Counted from the stretch's first letter, positions 9,124 to 19,068 are shown. The stretch is DNA of 64,000 bases from Opitutia bacterium (GCA_050506795.1 JBJHCF010000008.1:66768-130767), one strand, 5' to 3'. A program made the numbers and translations. The notes: a model not told the origin generated them from the sequence alone.

Positions 9124-10113
9124 TCACACGACCTCCTTTGGGAGGATTATGATGCGAAAAGACTCATCCAGGTCGGCCGAGCGCGAAATCTTTCCCTGAA
9201 ACTGAAAATCCCACAGGACCTTTTTGTTGTGCCAGTCGAAAGTGGGCATCGTGTCGGACGGTATATCGATCCAAAGGTTTCCCTCCGCAATCGCGAGACG
9301 GTCGGACGCTTCGTAGACGAGCATGGAATAAAACGTGGACGTCACCGTAGTCAGCTCACTCGCCCCCTTGTACGTTACCTCCTCGATCCCCCTGAGTCTG
9401 ACTTGCAGCGATTCCATCCGGTCGATGCGACCGTTGATGACCCAGGTCAGTCTCAGTTTGTCGCCAAGCGGGACTGCCTTCGAGCTTACCGTGACCTCGG
9501 GACGGGGGTTGAACAGGATTAGAAAATTGTAAACGAGAGTGATCAGACAGAAAACCCCGATCCCCACGAGTACAATGCCGGATAGGCCAAACAAGAGCAT
9601 CCCCTGGGTATCACCGTCCCGCCACTTCCCCATGAGAAAGGTCAACTGTACAACCGCAAGGCCCACAAAGAATACCGTAATGACCAATACAATAACAAAA
9701 ATGAACAATCGATTTCGCCCGAATTTGAGTCTTGTCTCCTGAAGGTCGGCTTTGCCCACCCTGGGCAGCCCCTGCACGGCCTCGCTCCTCAATCTGGCCG
9801 TCCCTCCACGCTCCGCCTCGGTTCCCTCAAAAACCGGCGCCCAATCCTTCTGCCTCGCGTAGCGGGTGCCGCGCGCCGCCAGGTAAATCGGAATGCCCCC
9901 AAGCAGCATGAAGAAAAGGGCGAGGAGGGTGAGAACAAGGGACGTTGAATATTCGCTTAACAGCAGCACAACTCCGCCCCCTGTCATCATCACTCCAACG
10001 GCCAGTACCAAAAGCCGTTCCAGTAAACTCACCCGGCCGCCGGCCCATGCGGATATGGGTTTGGATGGGGTCTCTCCTCCTCCCGGTCCTTTGGCTGATT
10101 CGTGCCCGTCCAT
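9124..10113 (-). CDS. Hypothetical membrane protein, 4 TM segments plus a C-terminal beta-sandwich
   Basis: Two hydrophobic hairpins then a beta-rich tail; ATG at 10113. Confidence 0.7.
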   Translation of the reverse strand: MDGHESAKGPGGGETPSKPISAWAGGRVSLLERLLVLAVGVMMTGGGVVLLLSEYSTSLVLTLLALFFMLLGGIPIYLAARGTRYARQKDWAPVFEGTEAERGGTARLRSEAVQGLPRVGKADLQETRLKFGRNRLFIFVIVLVITVFFVGLAVVQLTFLMGKWRDGDTQGMLLFGLSGIVLVGIGVFCLITLVYNFLILFNPRPEVTVSSKAVPLGDKLRLTWVINGRIDRMESLQVRLRGIEEVTYKGASELTTVTSTFYSMLVYEASDRLAIAEGNLWIDIPSDTMPTFDWHNKKVLWDFQFQGKISRSADLDESFRIIILPKEVV

Positions 10114-10373
10114 TGATTGCTTCCTTTGATCCCCGCAGCCATCGAAATCCAGGTGAGGGGTATTCCAAACACACCGGCAACCGATCTGAAAGCGAGCAAT
10201 TGGCGCCCACAATTTGAGAGTAACACCGGTACCGAGTCAACGCTTCTCATTTCGGCCCTTTGACAGAAACCAGGGAATAACCCATGCCCCGACTCGTCGA
10301 AGTGCAGCAAGTGCGGCGGCACGGAATAGGTATCGCCGGCACCGGGTTTATCCTGCAATCTCCCTCCATCGAC

Positions 10374-11024
10374 ATGCCAGTTCCCTCCGTCCTGCTATTC
10401 CTTAAGAGTCCGGTACCGGGCTATGTCAAAACACGACTGGCCAACGACGTCGGGGACCGAGCCGCCTGCGCTGTGTTCTGCTCCCTGGTCGAACGGCAGG
10501 TAGCCGCCCTTCCCCCGGGTTGGCCGCTGGAAATCCACTTTGCCCCGGCTGATGCCGAGGCCCGGATTCGCTCATGGATACACGGGGCGGATCGCTACCT
10601 GCCGCAGGTCGAAGGCGACCTCGGAGCCCGCCTGGCGGCGGCCTCGGAGAACGCCTTTCGCCAGGGAACCGAGCCGGTCTTTCTGATCGGCGCCGATTGC
10701 CCAAATCTCAATCCCGAAGACTTTTACGCCGCGCTCGATTCCCTGGCCTCCGGTTGCGACGCCGTGTTCGGTCCCGCGCGGGACGGCGGTTACTACCTGC
10801 TCGCGCTCAAGCGTCACACGCCCGAACTCTTTCGACAGATTCCTTGGAGTACCTCGGAAGTTCTGAAGCAATCCCTCGACAGAGCCAAACAAGCCGAAGT
10901 GCAAACCGCCCTCCTCGAGGTGAAAGAGGACATCGACGATATAAGCTCGCTCCGCCGCAGTCAGCCAACCTTGACGGACCTGCTGCTGAAGAACTACCGG
11001 TCCATGCATAAATCCCTTCGGTGA
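10374..11024 (+). CDS. TIGR04282/DUF2064 family transferase (putative arsenosugar-associated, CofC-like fold)
   Basis: K.P.PG.VKTRLA, Q.EGDLG.RL, IGADCP, GPA.DGGYYL, IPWST, DID. Confidence 0.88.
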   Translation: MPVPSVLLFLKSPVPGYVKTRLANDVGDRAACAVFCSLVERQVAALPPGWPLEIHFAPADAEARIRSWIHGADRYLPQVEGDLGARLAAASENAFRQGTEPVFLIGADCPNLNPEDFYAALDSLASGCDAVFGPARDGGYYLLALKRHTPELFRQIPWSTSEVLKQSLDRAKQAEVQTALLEVKEDIDDISSLRRSQPTLTDLLLKNYRSMHKSLR

Positions 11025-11033
11025 CGGAATCAT

Positions 11034-11810
11034 CTACGACTCGAAACGGTAGATAAAATTCTCGAACGAAAACCCTTCGTCCGGTTCGACGAGGCGCTCA
11101 ATCACTTCTGTGAAAAACGTATTCGCACGGCCCAGATTCTTCTGGAGAGTCTCTACGGGAGTCGGTGTCTCGCCAATGCCGTTGGCGTAATCCACACCGA
11201 AGCCCACCAAGGCATAAGGCAGTTCCAGCTCGTTGGCCAGAACGGCTTCCGGACCACAAGTCTGGGAGATAAAATCCACCCCGGCGGCATGCGCCAGCAC
11301 TCGAATCTCCGCCGCGCTGTTGAAACGCGGTCCCAAAACGGACCCATATGTTCCGCGCGACGGGTCTCCGAAAAGTTCGCCGGCCAAAGCCCCGACACGC
11401 TCGGTAACACCGGGGTGAAAGAAGCTCGAGGCCAGCAGGTGGCCCCGGTCCGGGGCGCCGGCACGATCGAATATGGTACAGGGCTCGCCGCTTGGAAGCC
11501 GGTTCTCGGGGAAGTAGAGGTCTTCCGCCAGAAGCGGACGGGCCAGCGGCCAGTCCCCCCGCAGCAGCCCACAGACGGAAAGCGAGACCACCGCCGTCGC
11601 CCCCGCTTCCTTGAGCGCCAGCAGGTGGGCGCGATGGTTGACATGGTGCGGCAGACGTTCGTGGCTGTCGCCATGCCGCGGAAGCACCAATACCTCGCGG
11701 CCGCCCGCAGGCCCCGAAAGAACCGTCGTCTCACCAAAACGCGTTTTGATCCGTACCCTTTGCAGGCCGGAATAATCGTATAAACCGGAACCGGTAATAA
11801 AAGCAAACAT
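11034..11810 (-). CDS. MTAP/PNP family nucleoside phosphorylase
   Basis: TGSGLY, LPRHG..H..PHHVNHRA, GPRF.S.AE, T.GPE..LA.EL.LPYA, DYA. Confidence 0.85.
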   Translation of the reverse strand: MFAFITGSGLYDYSGLQRVRIKTRFGETTVLSGPAGGREVLVLPRHGDSHERLPHHVNHRAHLLALKEAGATAVVSLSVCGLLRGDWPLARPLLAEDLYFPENRLPSGEPCTIFDRAGAPDRGHLLASSFFHPGVTERVGALAGELFGDPSRGTYGSVLGPRFNSAAEIRVLAHAAGVDFISQTCGPEAVLANELELPYALVGFGVDYANGIGETPTPVETLQKNLGRANTFFTEVIERLVEPDEGFSFENFIYRFES

Positions 11811-12024
11811 ACACGGGATTATATTGTCCGGATCAAAAAACTCAAACCGGACAACTCACCGAATATCGTCGAAGGCCACGCACGCGCCGATGGAATCGGG
11901 TCAGGACGGGGACAAATCCCTTGAAAAGCGACCGGCATCCGTCATAGTATTTTCCGTTGTGCCGTCACCTAAAGGCGGATTTTAGTCGTACCGTTTTTGA
12001 AAAATCCGAAAAGTAAAACGTACC

Positions 12025-13965
12025 ATGCGTGGATCACCAATTGGCACGGCGTTATTCTTTTCCCTGGCCGTTTCGTTCGTTTCCCCCTTGCTGGGGCAAA
12101 CCGGAAGCGACGGCGCAACCCTTTCCCGGTCGTGGACCTCCACCAGCGGCGTTGCGCTGAACGCGGAGTTGATCGGCACCGACGGAAGGAACGCACTCCT
12201 GCGGCTGGAAGACGGGGGTCAAATCCACTCGGTTCCTCTGAGCCGCCTGCGGGAAAGCGACCGCGCCAGAGCTCTCGCCCCGGAAATCCTGCGCCTGCCG
12301 GCCGTCGATTTCAGCCGTCCCCCATCGGCTGCTCAAATCGGCGACCTGCTTCGATTCGGCACACGAGAGGAATGGTTTCCCCTCGCCGCCCATCTGCGGG
12401 CTCGCCTGCTGGCGGCCTATGGCTCCGAGTATAACGCCGCACTGGAACGCTGGTACCATCTCTACCGGTGGATCGACCTTTTTCAGGACGAGCCTTTCCA
12501 CGCCGACCTTTCCCCGGACTCGGGATCGTTCGGGGAAAGTTGGTCTCCGGAACTCATGCTTTCGGTTTGTCGGGACGCCGAATTTTCCCGGGCGTTCTTT
12601 GATCTGATCACGCCTTACGACCGCATGGAAGAGGTGTCCCGTATTCTGGGAATGCTCCATCGCGCCGACCCGGAGGTTTTCGAGGAGTACAAGTCGCTGG
12701 CGCTCGCGATTGCCGTTGTTCACGATCAGGCCCCGCCCGGCGGCTGGCCGCTGAGTGTTCCCGGCGGTCTGTTGCCGTCAAACCTGATGCCGCCGCAGGA
12801 CACATTCGCCTTTTTTGTCTCCAGTCACCGCGGCGGACGCCTGCTCCTGGACCCACGTCGTCTGCCGGCCAGCAAGCTCCGCTTCATGGTGGACCTGATT
12901 GCTCCCGAGGAAGAATTACTGTGGGCCCAGCAGGCCATTCGTCCCGGCGTGGCCCAGTTCGGCCAGACCTACTCCTCCGTCCGCTACGATCACCGACGTT
13001 ACGGACCGCACCTTCCGGGATTTTCCGAACCGTGGCCCCACGACGATTACCGTCTGCAGACGATTCGCCGGGTGGGCGGTATATGCGGCGACCAGTCCTA
13101 TTTCGCAACCCAGGTAGGCAAAGCGCTTGGACTGCCCACCATTTACTTTTCCGGCTACGGAGACAATGGCCGCCACGCCTGGGTCGGGTACTTCGAGGGA
13201 GCCAGCCGGGGCTGGAACCTCGACGTGGGGCGATACGCCCAGAACAATTACCGCACCGGCAACGCCCGCGACCCGCAGACCTGGCGTACTGTCGACGACC
13301 ACGAGCTTCATTTCCAGCAACACCACCTCCACCACGCCCAGGCATATGCGAGTTCCCGTTACCACAGCACGTTGGCCCGCGAATTCCTTCTGGCCGGACG
13401 TGAATCGAGCGCTTTGACCGCCGCCCGCCGGGCCATCGATGCCGAGCGGCGCAATCGCGACGCCTGGAACCTGGTTGCCGAGATCAATCGCCGCAACGGC
13501 CGGACCGCAGCCTACGAAAATACGTTGCGCCAGGCGGCGAGCGCCTTCACCCACCATCCCCACGTCCGCGCCAATTACCGCAGCCTGCTTGCCGACCATT
13601 ACCTGGAACGCGAAGACTTCACCCAGGCGCTGAATCTTCTCCTGCAAATCAGTCAGGACACCCGCCGGGATCGTCCGGACCTTAGCATTCACTACGCGCG
13701 CCGCTTTTTGGAACACGCCCGCGACCACGGCGATGTCAATGCCCTCGTCAACGCCTACCGGCAGATCCTATCGCAACTGCGGGGACATGTTTCCGGATCG
13801 AACTTCCTCCACGAAATCGCCATGCCCTTTCTCAATCACCTCCACGCCAATGGCCATACCAACGAAGCCCGTCTTCTTTTCGGCCAAACCCGCAGACAGT
13901 TGAATGTGCCGCAAAACACCCTGGCGGCACACCGCCTGGAGGAGTTAAACCAGGCGCTGCGCTGA
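12025..13965 (+). CDS. Secreted protein with an SHD1-like domain, transglutaminase-like core and helical repeats
   Basis: Signal peptide; RSWTSTSG..L.AE..VPLSRL...D; GGICGDQ / HAWVG / WNLDVG; TPR-like C-terminus. Confidence 0.7.
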   Translation: MRGSPIGTALFFSLAVSFVSPLLGQTGSDGATLSRSWTSTSGVALNAELIGTDGRNALLRLEDGGQIHSVPLSRLRESDRARALAPEILRLPAVDFSRPPSAAQIGDLLRFGTREEWFPLAAHLRARLLAAYGSEYNAALERWYHLYRWIDLFQDEPFHADLSPDSGSFGESWSPELMLSVCRDAEFSRAFFDLITPYDRMEEVSRILGMLHRADPEVFEEYKSLALAIAVVHDQAPPGGWPLSVPGGLLPSNLMPPQDTFAFFVSSHRGGRLLLDPRRLPASKLRFMVDLIAPEEELLWAQQAIRPGVAQFGQTYSSVRYDHRRYGPHLPGFSEPWPHDDYRLQTIRRVGGICGDQSYFATQVGKALGLPTIYFSGYGDNGRHAWVGYFEGASRGWNLDVGRYAQNNYRTGNARDPQTWRTVDDHELHFQQHHLHHAQAYASSRYHSTLAREFLLAGRESSALTAARRAIDAERRNRDAWNLVAEINRRNGRTAAYENTLRQAASAFTHHPHVRANYRSLLADHYLEREDFTQALNLLLQISQDTRRDRPDLSIHYARRFLEHARDHGDVNALVNAYRQILSQLRGHVSGSNFLHEIAMPFLNHLHANGHTNEARLLFGQTRRQLNVPQNTLAAHRLEELNQALR

Positions 13966-13999
13966 CCCACGAATCGGCGGCATCGTAGCCGACGCCGGC

Positions 14000-14371
14000 T
14001 CAAATGTGTTTGGAGTCGCCTTGATCTTTCCGGGCGTAGCCGTCGTCCTGCCGGCTGTGGTTCACCTTGTTCTTTTTCAGATAAGCCTGATAGACATCGT
14101 CCGCCGACATCCCCATGACCTGCGCCGCGGAAATCAGGAAGTGGAACAGGTCGACAATCTCCACCCGAGCGTTCTGCTTGTCGAATTCCTGGTAACGCGC
14201 CCACCACTTCCAGGGGACGGAATCGATCAGTTCGGCCGTCTCCTGTTGGATGGCCCGCGTGTAATTCAGAAGCCATTGAGCCTGTTCCTCATCGGAAAGT
14301 TTTTTCACCGAAACCCCGATGCGCTCGTTGAGTTTCTCCTGCAAATCGAATAGTTCGTCAAATTTGTCCAT
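14000..14371 (-). CDS. Dimeric all-alpha dUTPase (dUTPase_2 type), short form
   Basis: E..EL.DS.PWKWW, VEIVDLFHF, Y..KN.VN..RQ..GY. Confidence 0.85.
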   Translation of the reverse strand: MDKFDELFDLQEKLNERIGVSVKKLSDEEQAQWLLNYTRAIQQETAELIDSVPWKWWARYQEFDKQNARVEIVDLFHFLISAAQVMGMSADDVYQAYLKKNKVNHSRQDDGYARKDQGDSKHI

Positions 14372-14670
14372 GGCGGTAATGAAGACCCATCCTCTGCCTC
14401 GCTGCCGACGGCTTCCGGCACCGCGAAAAGGCCAATCCCCATTTTAATGATTGTTTTTCTCAAGAAATGGTTTTTTGTGGGAATGGAGATTGCAAGGCTG
14501 AAAAACCGCGTGCCCTCAACCGATATTCAAATCGGGTTGAACCAAAGGCGGCACCTCATCGGAAGCCTTGCCCAAACGAGATCCGGCTCCGGATTCCTTT
14601 CCCATTGCGAAATCCGCCGAGCCGATCGATCGCAACACAATAGGTACACAAAGTACACATAAACAAGACA

Positions 14671-15816
14671 ATGGAAGAGTCCAAAGACCAAGCAAACGAA
14701 AGTAAACCGTCGGAATCGACACCTGAGACCCCCAAGAAAACCGCCCCGTCTGCCTCCGAACGCCCGCCCAATCGACGCCGCCCCCGACGCCCTGCCACCG
14801 ATGCGGGAGTATCCGCCGGGCCCAAGATCGGCCCGGTCCCGGTCAGCAAGCCCTACCCCGGGCTCGCCGCCAAAAAGGAATCGAGCGATACTCCCGAGGT
14901 CGCCCAACCGGCCGCCACGGCGAAGAAGCCCGCGGCCGAATCCGGCGCAGGCCCCAAAGCCCAGCCGGAAGATAAGCCGGCCGGCGAACGGGATCGGAAC
15001 GCCCGCTCCCGACCGGAGAACAAATCGGCTTCCAAGCGGGAGCCCGTTGAGGAATCGCCCAAAGAAGCGGCTCCCAAGGCCGAGGCAAGTCCAAAGCGGG
15101 AGGAGAAACCGGAACCTACGGCCGCCGAGCGGTCGACCGGCTCCACCGATTCCGCTGACGCCGCGGAGGGAGAAGCGAAACCGCGCCGCCGGAGACGCCG
15201 CGGCGGAAGAAACCGGCGGGGCAATCGCTCCCGGACTTCCGAAAGCGGTGAATCCACGGGCGAGGAAACGGCTCGAGGGGACGAGGAAACCCGCCCGCAA
15301 GCCACCCGCGGCGGCGATGCCGGTCCGGAACAGCGATCCCGAGGCGGCCGCGGTCGCGGCCAACGGGGTCAACACCGCGGAGAACGCGGCGACCGGCGCC
15401 GCGGCGATGGCTCCCGTCCTCGACGCCGCGAGGGCGCTAAATCTCCGGCCGGTGGAGGCGCCTCCGGGAAACCCGGCGGCCTTCTTTCCCGGGTTGGAAG
15501 CTGGATTCGCAACATCGTAAACCCGGAAGATCAGGATAAAGGAAAAACTTCGGAAAGCGAAAAACCGGCGGGATCCCGGCGGGAAGACCGCGACGGTGAG
15601 CGCCCGAAACGGAAACGCACGCGCCGGGGCGGAAATCGCGGCGGCGGTCGCGGAAAGCCGGATGCCGATTCGTCGGCCAACACCGACGCTCCGGACCGGG
15701 AACGTGCGTCCTCCAGTTCCTCATCCCGCGAGCGGTCGGACCCGACTTCGTCGAAGTTCCAGTGGGAGAGCTCATCCCCCCAGACGCCCGCCAAAGACTG
15801 GCGGCCGGGTGATTGA
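14671..15816 (+). CDS. Intrinsically disordered Arg/Gly/Glu/Pro-rich protein
   Basis: 381-aa open frame, almost no hydrophobic core, Arg tracts, one amphipathic helix; stop is 5 nt before the murA ATG. Confidence 0.7.
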   Translation: MEESKDQANESKPSESTPETPKKTAPSASERPPNRRRPRRPATDAGVSAGPKIGPVPVSKPYPGLAAKKESSDTPEVAQPAATAKKPAAESGAGPKAQPEDKPAGERDRNARSRPENKSASKREPVEESPKEAAPKAEASPKREEKPEPTAAERSTGSTDSADAAEGEAKPRRRRRRGGRNRRGNRSRTSESGESTGEETARGDEETRPQATRGGDAGPEQRSRGGRGRGQRGQHRGERGDRRRGDGSRPRRREGAKSPAGGGASGKPGGLLSRVGSWIRNIVNPEDQDKGKTSESEKPAGSRREDRDGERPKRKRTRRGGNRGGGRGKPDADSSANTDAPDRERASSSSSSRERSDPTSSKFQWESSSPQTPAKDWRPGD

Positions 15817-15821
15817 ACCTC

Positions 15822-17117
15822 ATGGACGTCCTCCGTATTCGAGGCGGCAGGCGACTGCAGGGCGTGGTGGAAGTCAGCGGGGCGAAAAATGCCGCCCTGC
15901 CGATTTTCGCCGCCACCCTGCTGACCTCCGAACCGTGCACCATTCGCAACGTTCCGGACCTCAGTGATATCCGCTTCATGGCGGATCTCCTGAAGCGGCT
16001 GGGGGCGCAGGTAGACCGTCTTGATCCGCACACCTGGCGGATTCAAGCGGGCAGCGTGACCCATCGGGCTCCCTACGACCTGGTGCGCAAAATGCGTGCC
16101 TCCGTCTGCCTGATGGGTCCGCTTCTCGGACGGCTTCGACGTTCCTCGGTTTCGCTGCCGGGAGGCTGCGTTATTGGACCTCGCCCGATCGACATCCACC
16201 TGAAAGGTTTCTCCAAACTGGGATGTGTGGTGGACATCAGCAAAGGGTACGTTGAAATCGACGGCAGCCGCATGGCCGGCGCCGAGATCTTTCTGGGAGG
16301 ACGGCATGGCAGCACGGTGTTGGGCACGGCCAACCTGTTGATGGCGGCGGTGCTGACTCCCGGACGGACCCGCATTGAATGCGCCGCGTGCGAGCCTGAG
16401 ATCGTGGATCTTTGCCGAATGCTGGAGATCATGGGAGCCCGAATCGAAGGAATCGGCAGCCCGTCGTTGACGGTGGACGGAACGGAGAGCCTGCAGGGGT
16501 GTGACTACGCCATCATCCCGGACCGCATCGAAGCCGGCACCCTCCTTTTGGCGGCGGCGATCACCGAGGGTGACGTGACGGTAAAAAAGATGTGTGCGAG
16601 TCACCTCACCGCGCTTCTGGATAAGCTGGAGGAGGCCGGACTGCCGCTGGCGGTGGAACCGACTCAGGTCCGGGTTCGCTCCAACGGGCGCTTGCGCCCG
16701 GTTGACGTGATCACCCACCCGCATCCCGGATTTCCCACCGATCTTCAGGCACAGATGACCGCGCTGATGAGTGTCACCCCGGGCTTGAGCATCATCACGG
16801 AAAAAATCTATCCGTCGCGCTTCATGCACGTGCCGGAACTCCAGCGGATGGGAGCGGACATCGCCATCGACGGCGCCAACGCCATCATCAAAGGCGGAAA
16901 TCGCCTCTCCGGAGCGCCGATCATGGCTTCCGACCTGCGGGCCAGCGCCGCCCTGGTCCTGGCCGGTCTGGCGGCCAACAACGACACCTGGGTCCAGCGC
17001 ATCTACCACCTCGATCGCGGCTATGAAAAAATAGAGGAGAAGCTTCAGACCTTGGGAGCCGACATTGAGAGGGTGGATCAGTCCGCCATTCCCGAAAGTT
17101 TGCTCGACCCGGCATGA
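15822..17117 (+). CDS. murA: UDP-N-acetylglucosamine 1-carboxyvinyltransferase
   Basis: SGAKNAALP, KMRAS, LPGGC.IG.RP (catalytic Cys), PGFPTDLQAQ, DLRA, HLDRGY; alternative TTG start at 15813. Confidence 0.97.
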   Translation: MDVLRIRGGRRLQGVVEVSGAKNAALPIFAATLLTSEPCTIRNVPDLSDIRFMADLLKRLGAQVDRLDPHTWRIQAGSVTHRAPYDLVRKMRASVCLMGPLLGRLRRSSVSLPGGCVIGPRPIDIHLKGFSKLGCVVDISKGYVEIDGSRMAGAEIFLGGRHGSTVLGTANLLMAAVLTPGRTRIECAACEPEIVDLCRMLEIMGARIEGIGSPSLTVDGTESLQGCDYAIIPDRIEAGTLLLAAAITEGDVTVKKMCASHLTALLDKLEEAGLPLAVEPTQVRVRSNGRLRPVDVITHPHPGFPTDLQAQMTALMSVTPGLSIITEKIYPSRFMHVPELQRMGADIAIDGANAIIKGGNRLSGAPIMASDLRASAALVLAGLAANNDTWVQRIYHLDRGYEKIEEKLQTLGADIERVDQSAIPESLLDPA

Positions 17118-17202
17118 ACCGGTTTCAGATTCGCTTCCTACGGGAATTTCCGGCAATCGGAATTCGCTTTTGCCCGGCAATACGACAAGTTTGGATTGGC
17201 CT

Positions 17203-18237
17203 ATGAGCGACGCGGAAAAAGGCGCGAATTTCATCAAAACGACCCTGGAGGCCCCGCCCACCAGCGAAGAAGCCGTGCTTCGCCCCACGCGTTTCTCCGA
17301 ATTCACCGGCCAGCGCAAAACCATCGAGCGGCTTCAAGTCATGGTCGGCGCGGCGCGGCGCCGCGGGGATCCGCTCAACCACATTCTTTTCAGCGGCCCG
17401 CCCGGGCTGGGTAAAACCACCCTGGCCCTGCTCCTGGGAACGGAAATGGAAAAAAACGTCCGAATCACTTCCGGTCCCGTGGTGGAAAAACCGGGTGATC
17501 TGGCCGGACTCCTGACCAACCTGGAGGAAGGCGACGTTCTTTTTATCGACGAGATCCATCGCATTCCGAAAACCGTGGAGGAGTACCTTTACTCCGCCAT
17601 GGAGGATTTCCGGCTCGACATTATGATCGACCAGGGGCCGAACGCTCGCAGCGTGCGGCTCAACCTTCCCCGCTTCACCCTGGTCGGCGCCACGACCCGC
17701 AGCGGCCTGCTCACCACTCCCTTGCGCAGCCGCTTCACCCTGCAGACCCGCCTGGATTACTACGATCAGACCGACCTCCTGAAAATCGTCAATCGCACCT
17801 GCCGTCTGCTCGACGTCGCGGTCGATGCCGGCGGTGCGACGGAGGTTGCCTCTCGCGCCCGCGGCACCCCCCGAATCGTCAACAACCTGATCAATTTCGT
17901 GCGGGACTTCGCCCAGGAACGGGGCGATGGCGCCATCACGCGCGATATCGCATCGGCCGCGCTGGAACTGCTGGAGATCGACGCCCGCGGCCTGGATGAA
18001 ATGGACAAGAGAGTCCTCCGCATCATCGCCACCCACTACCACGGCGGCCCGGTCGGACTGGCCACCGTCGCCATCGCGGCGGGTGAGGAGCCGGAAACCC
18101 TGGAAGAAGTACACGAGCCCTTCCTCATCCAGGAAGGTTACCTGCAACGGACCCCGCAGGGTCGGATACTCACGGCCCGCGGCTACGAAGCCATCGCCCT
18201 GAAGCCCGGTCACCCAACCCAACCGGGACTGTTTTAA
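17203..18237 (+). CDS. ruvB: Holliday junction branch migration helicase RuvB
   Basis: LRP..F.EF.GQ, GPPGLGKTT, FIDEIHR, GATTR, RGTPR, RTPQGR. Confidence 0.97.
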   Translation: MSDAEKGANFIKTTLEAPPTSEEAVLRPTRFSEFTGQRKTIERLQVMVGAARRRGDPLNHILFSGPPGLGKTTLALLLGTEMEKNVRITSGPVVEKPGDLAGLLTNLEEGDVLFIDEIHRIPKTVEEYLYSAMEDFRLDIMIDQGPNARSVRLNLPRFTLVGATTRSGLLTTPLRSRFTLQTRLDYYDQTDLLKIVNRTCRLLDVAVDAGGATEVASRARGTPRIVNNLINFVRDFAQERGDGAITRDIASAALELLEIDARGLDEMDKRVLRIIATHYHGGPVGLATVAIAAGEEPETLEEVHEPFLIQEGYLQRTPQGRILTARGYEAIALKPGHPTQPGLF

Positions 18238-18348
18238 GAAGTTAAAGGCAAAAAGTCGGAATTTATAAGAAACGATTCGCAACCGGGGAGGAGGATGATG
18301 ATGTGAAGCAGGAGAGCTTTTCGCTCATTTAAACCTCTGCCTTATTAC

Positions 18349-18741
18349 TCACCGCCTCCCGCCTCCAAACCCTTCCTTTTCCAGCAGCGCCTTCAGGGCT
18401 TCACCCTGATCGCCCTGCAACTCAATGGTTTTCCCTTTCAACGCGCCCCCGACACCGAGCGCGCGGCGGAGACGGGCGGTAAGGTCCCGAAGTGACCCGG
18501 TATCCAATGTTTCGAGACCTTCGATCACGGTGACGGTTTTCCCGCTGCGTCCGGCTTTTTCCTTACGCAGATGGACCCGCCGGCCGCGGCCGATCGGTTT
18601 TCGCGCCGTTTTTTCCGAAGCGACGGGCTCGGGGCCGGGCCGCCTGGAACCCGCAGGGAAAGCGGCGCCGTCCATGGCGGCGAACGGGTTGTGCCCCAGG
18701 CTTTCTCCGCCGCCGGTGGAGATCCTTTTTTTCTCGCTCAT
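18349..18741 (-). CDS. SUI1/YciH family translation initiation factor
   Basis: EK.GR.GKTVT.I.G ... LGVGG..K...IELQGD. Confidence 0.88.
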   Translation of the reverse strand: MSEKKRISTGGGESLGHNPFAAMDGAAFPAGSRRPGPEPVASEKTARKPIGRGRRVHLRKEKAGRSGKTVTVIEGLETLDTGSLRDLTARLRRALGVGGALKGKTIELQGDQGEALKALLEKEGFGGGRR

Positions 18742-18971
18742 ATATCCACCGCACCGCCGCCGGCGCTCGCTTCCTCCTCAAGGAAGGCTTCCGCCTTGGC
18801 ATAACTCCGGCGCTCCAGGAAATGTATCAGCCGCGGCGGCAGACCTTCCCGCTCCGATTTGACGATCTCATCAAGCCGGGTCAGCGCGGAGGTGATACCC
18901 TCGCCGTCCCCGCGGGTGGTTGCCCGGTGCATATTCTGTAGTTCCTCCTTTACGGTAAGCAAAACGTTCAT
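18738..18971 (-). CDS. Small helical hypothetical protein
   Basis: ATG 18971, L.HFLERRSY.KA motif, ATGA overlap with the SUI1 gene. Confidence 0.65.
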   Translation of the reverse strand: MNVLLTVKEELQNMHRATTRGDGEGITSALTRLDEIVKSEREGLPPRLIHFLERRSYAKAEAFLEEEASAGGGAVDI

Positions 18972-19068
18972 CGGGGAGCAAAGTATGTAAAACCACGCGC
19001 AAAGCCACAAGGACAAACAATTTTCAGGGATTCTTTCTTGTGTCGCCATTTGCTTTGATGCATCTTGA

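Noticed and set aside
14000..14371. Prophage implied by the dimeric dUTPase
   Set aside because: No phage genes nearby; composition matches the host
14372..14670. Possible riboswitch or ncRNA (TCAACCGAT..ATCGGGTTGA hairpin)
   Set aside because: One imperfect hairpin with no recognisable family consensus
17203..18237. ruvB without adjacent ruvA/ruvC
   Set aside because: Split ruv loci are common; the protein is canonical
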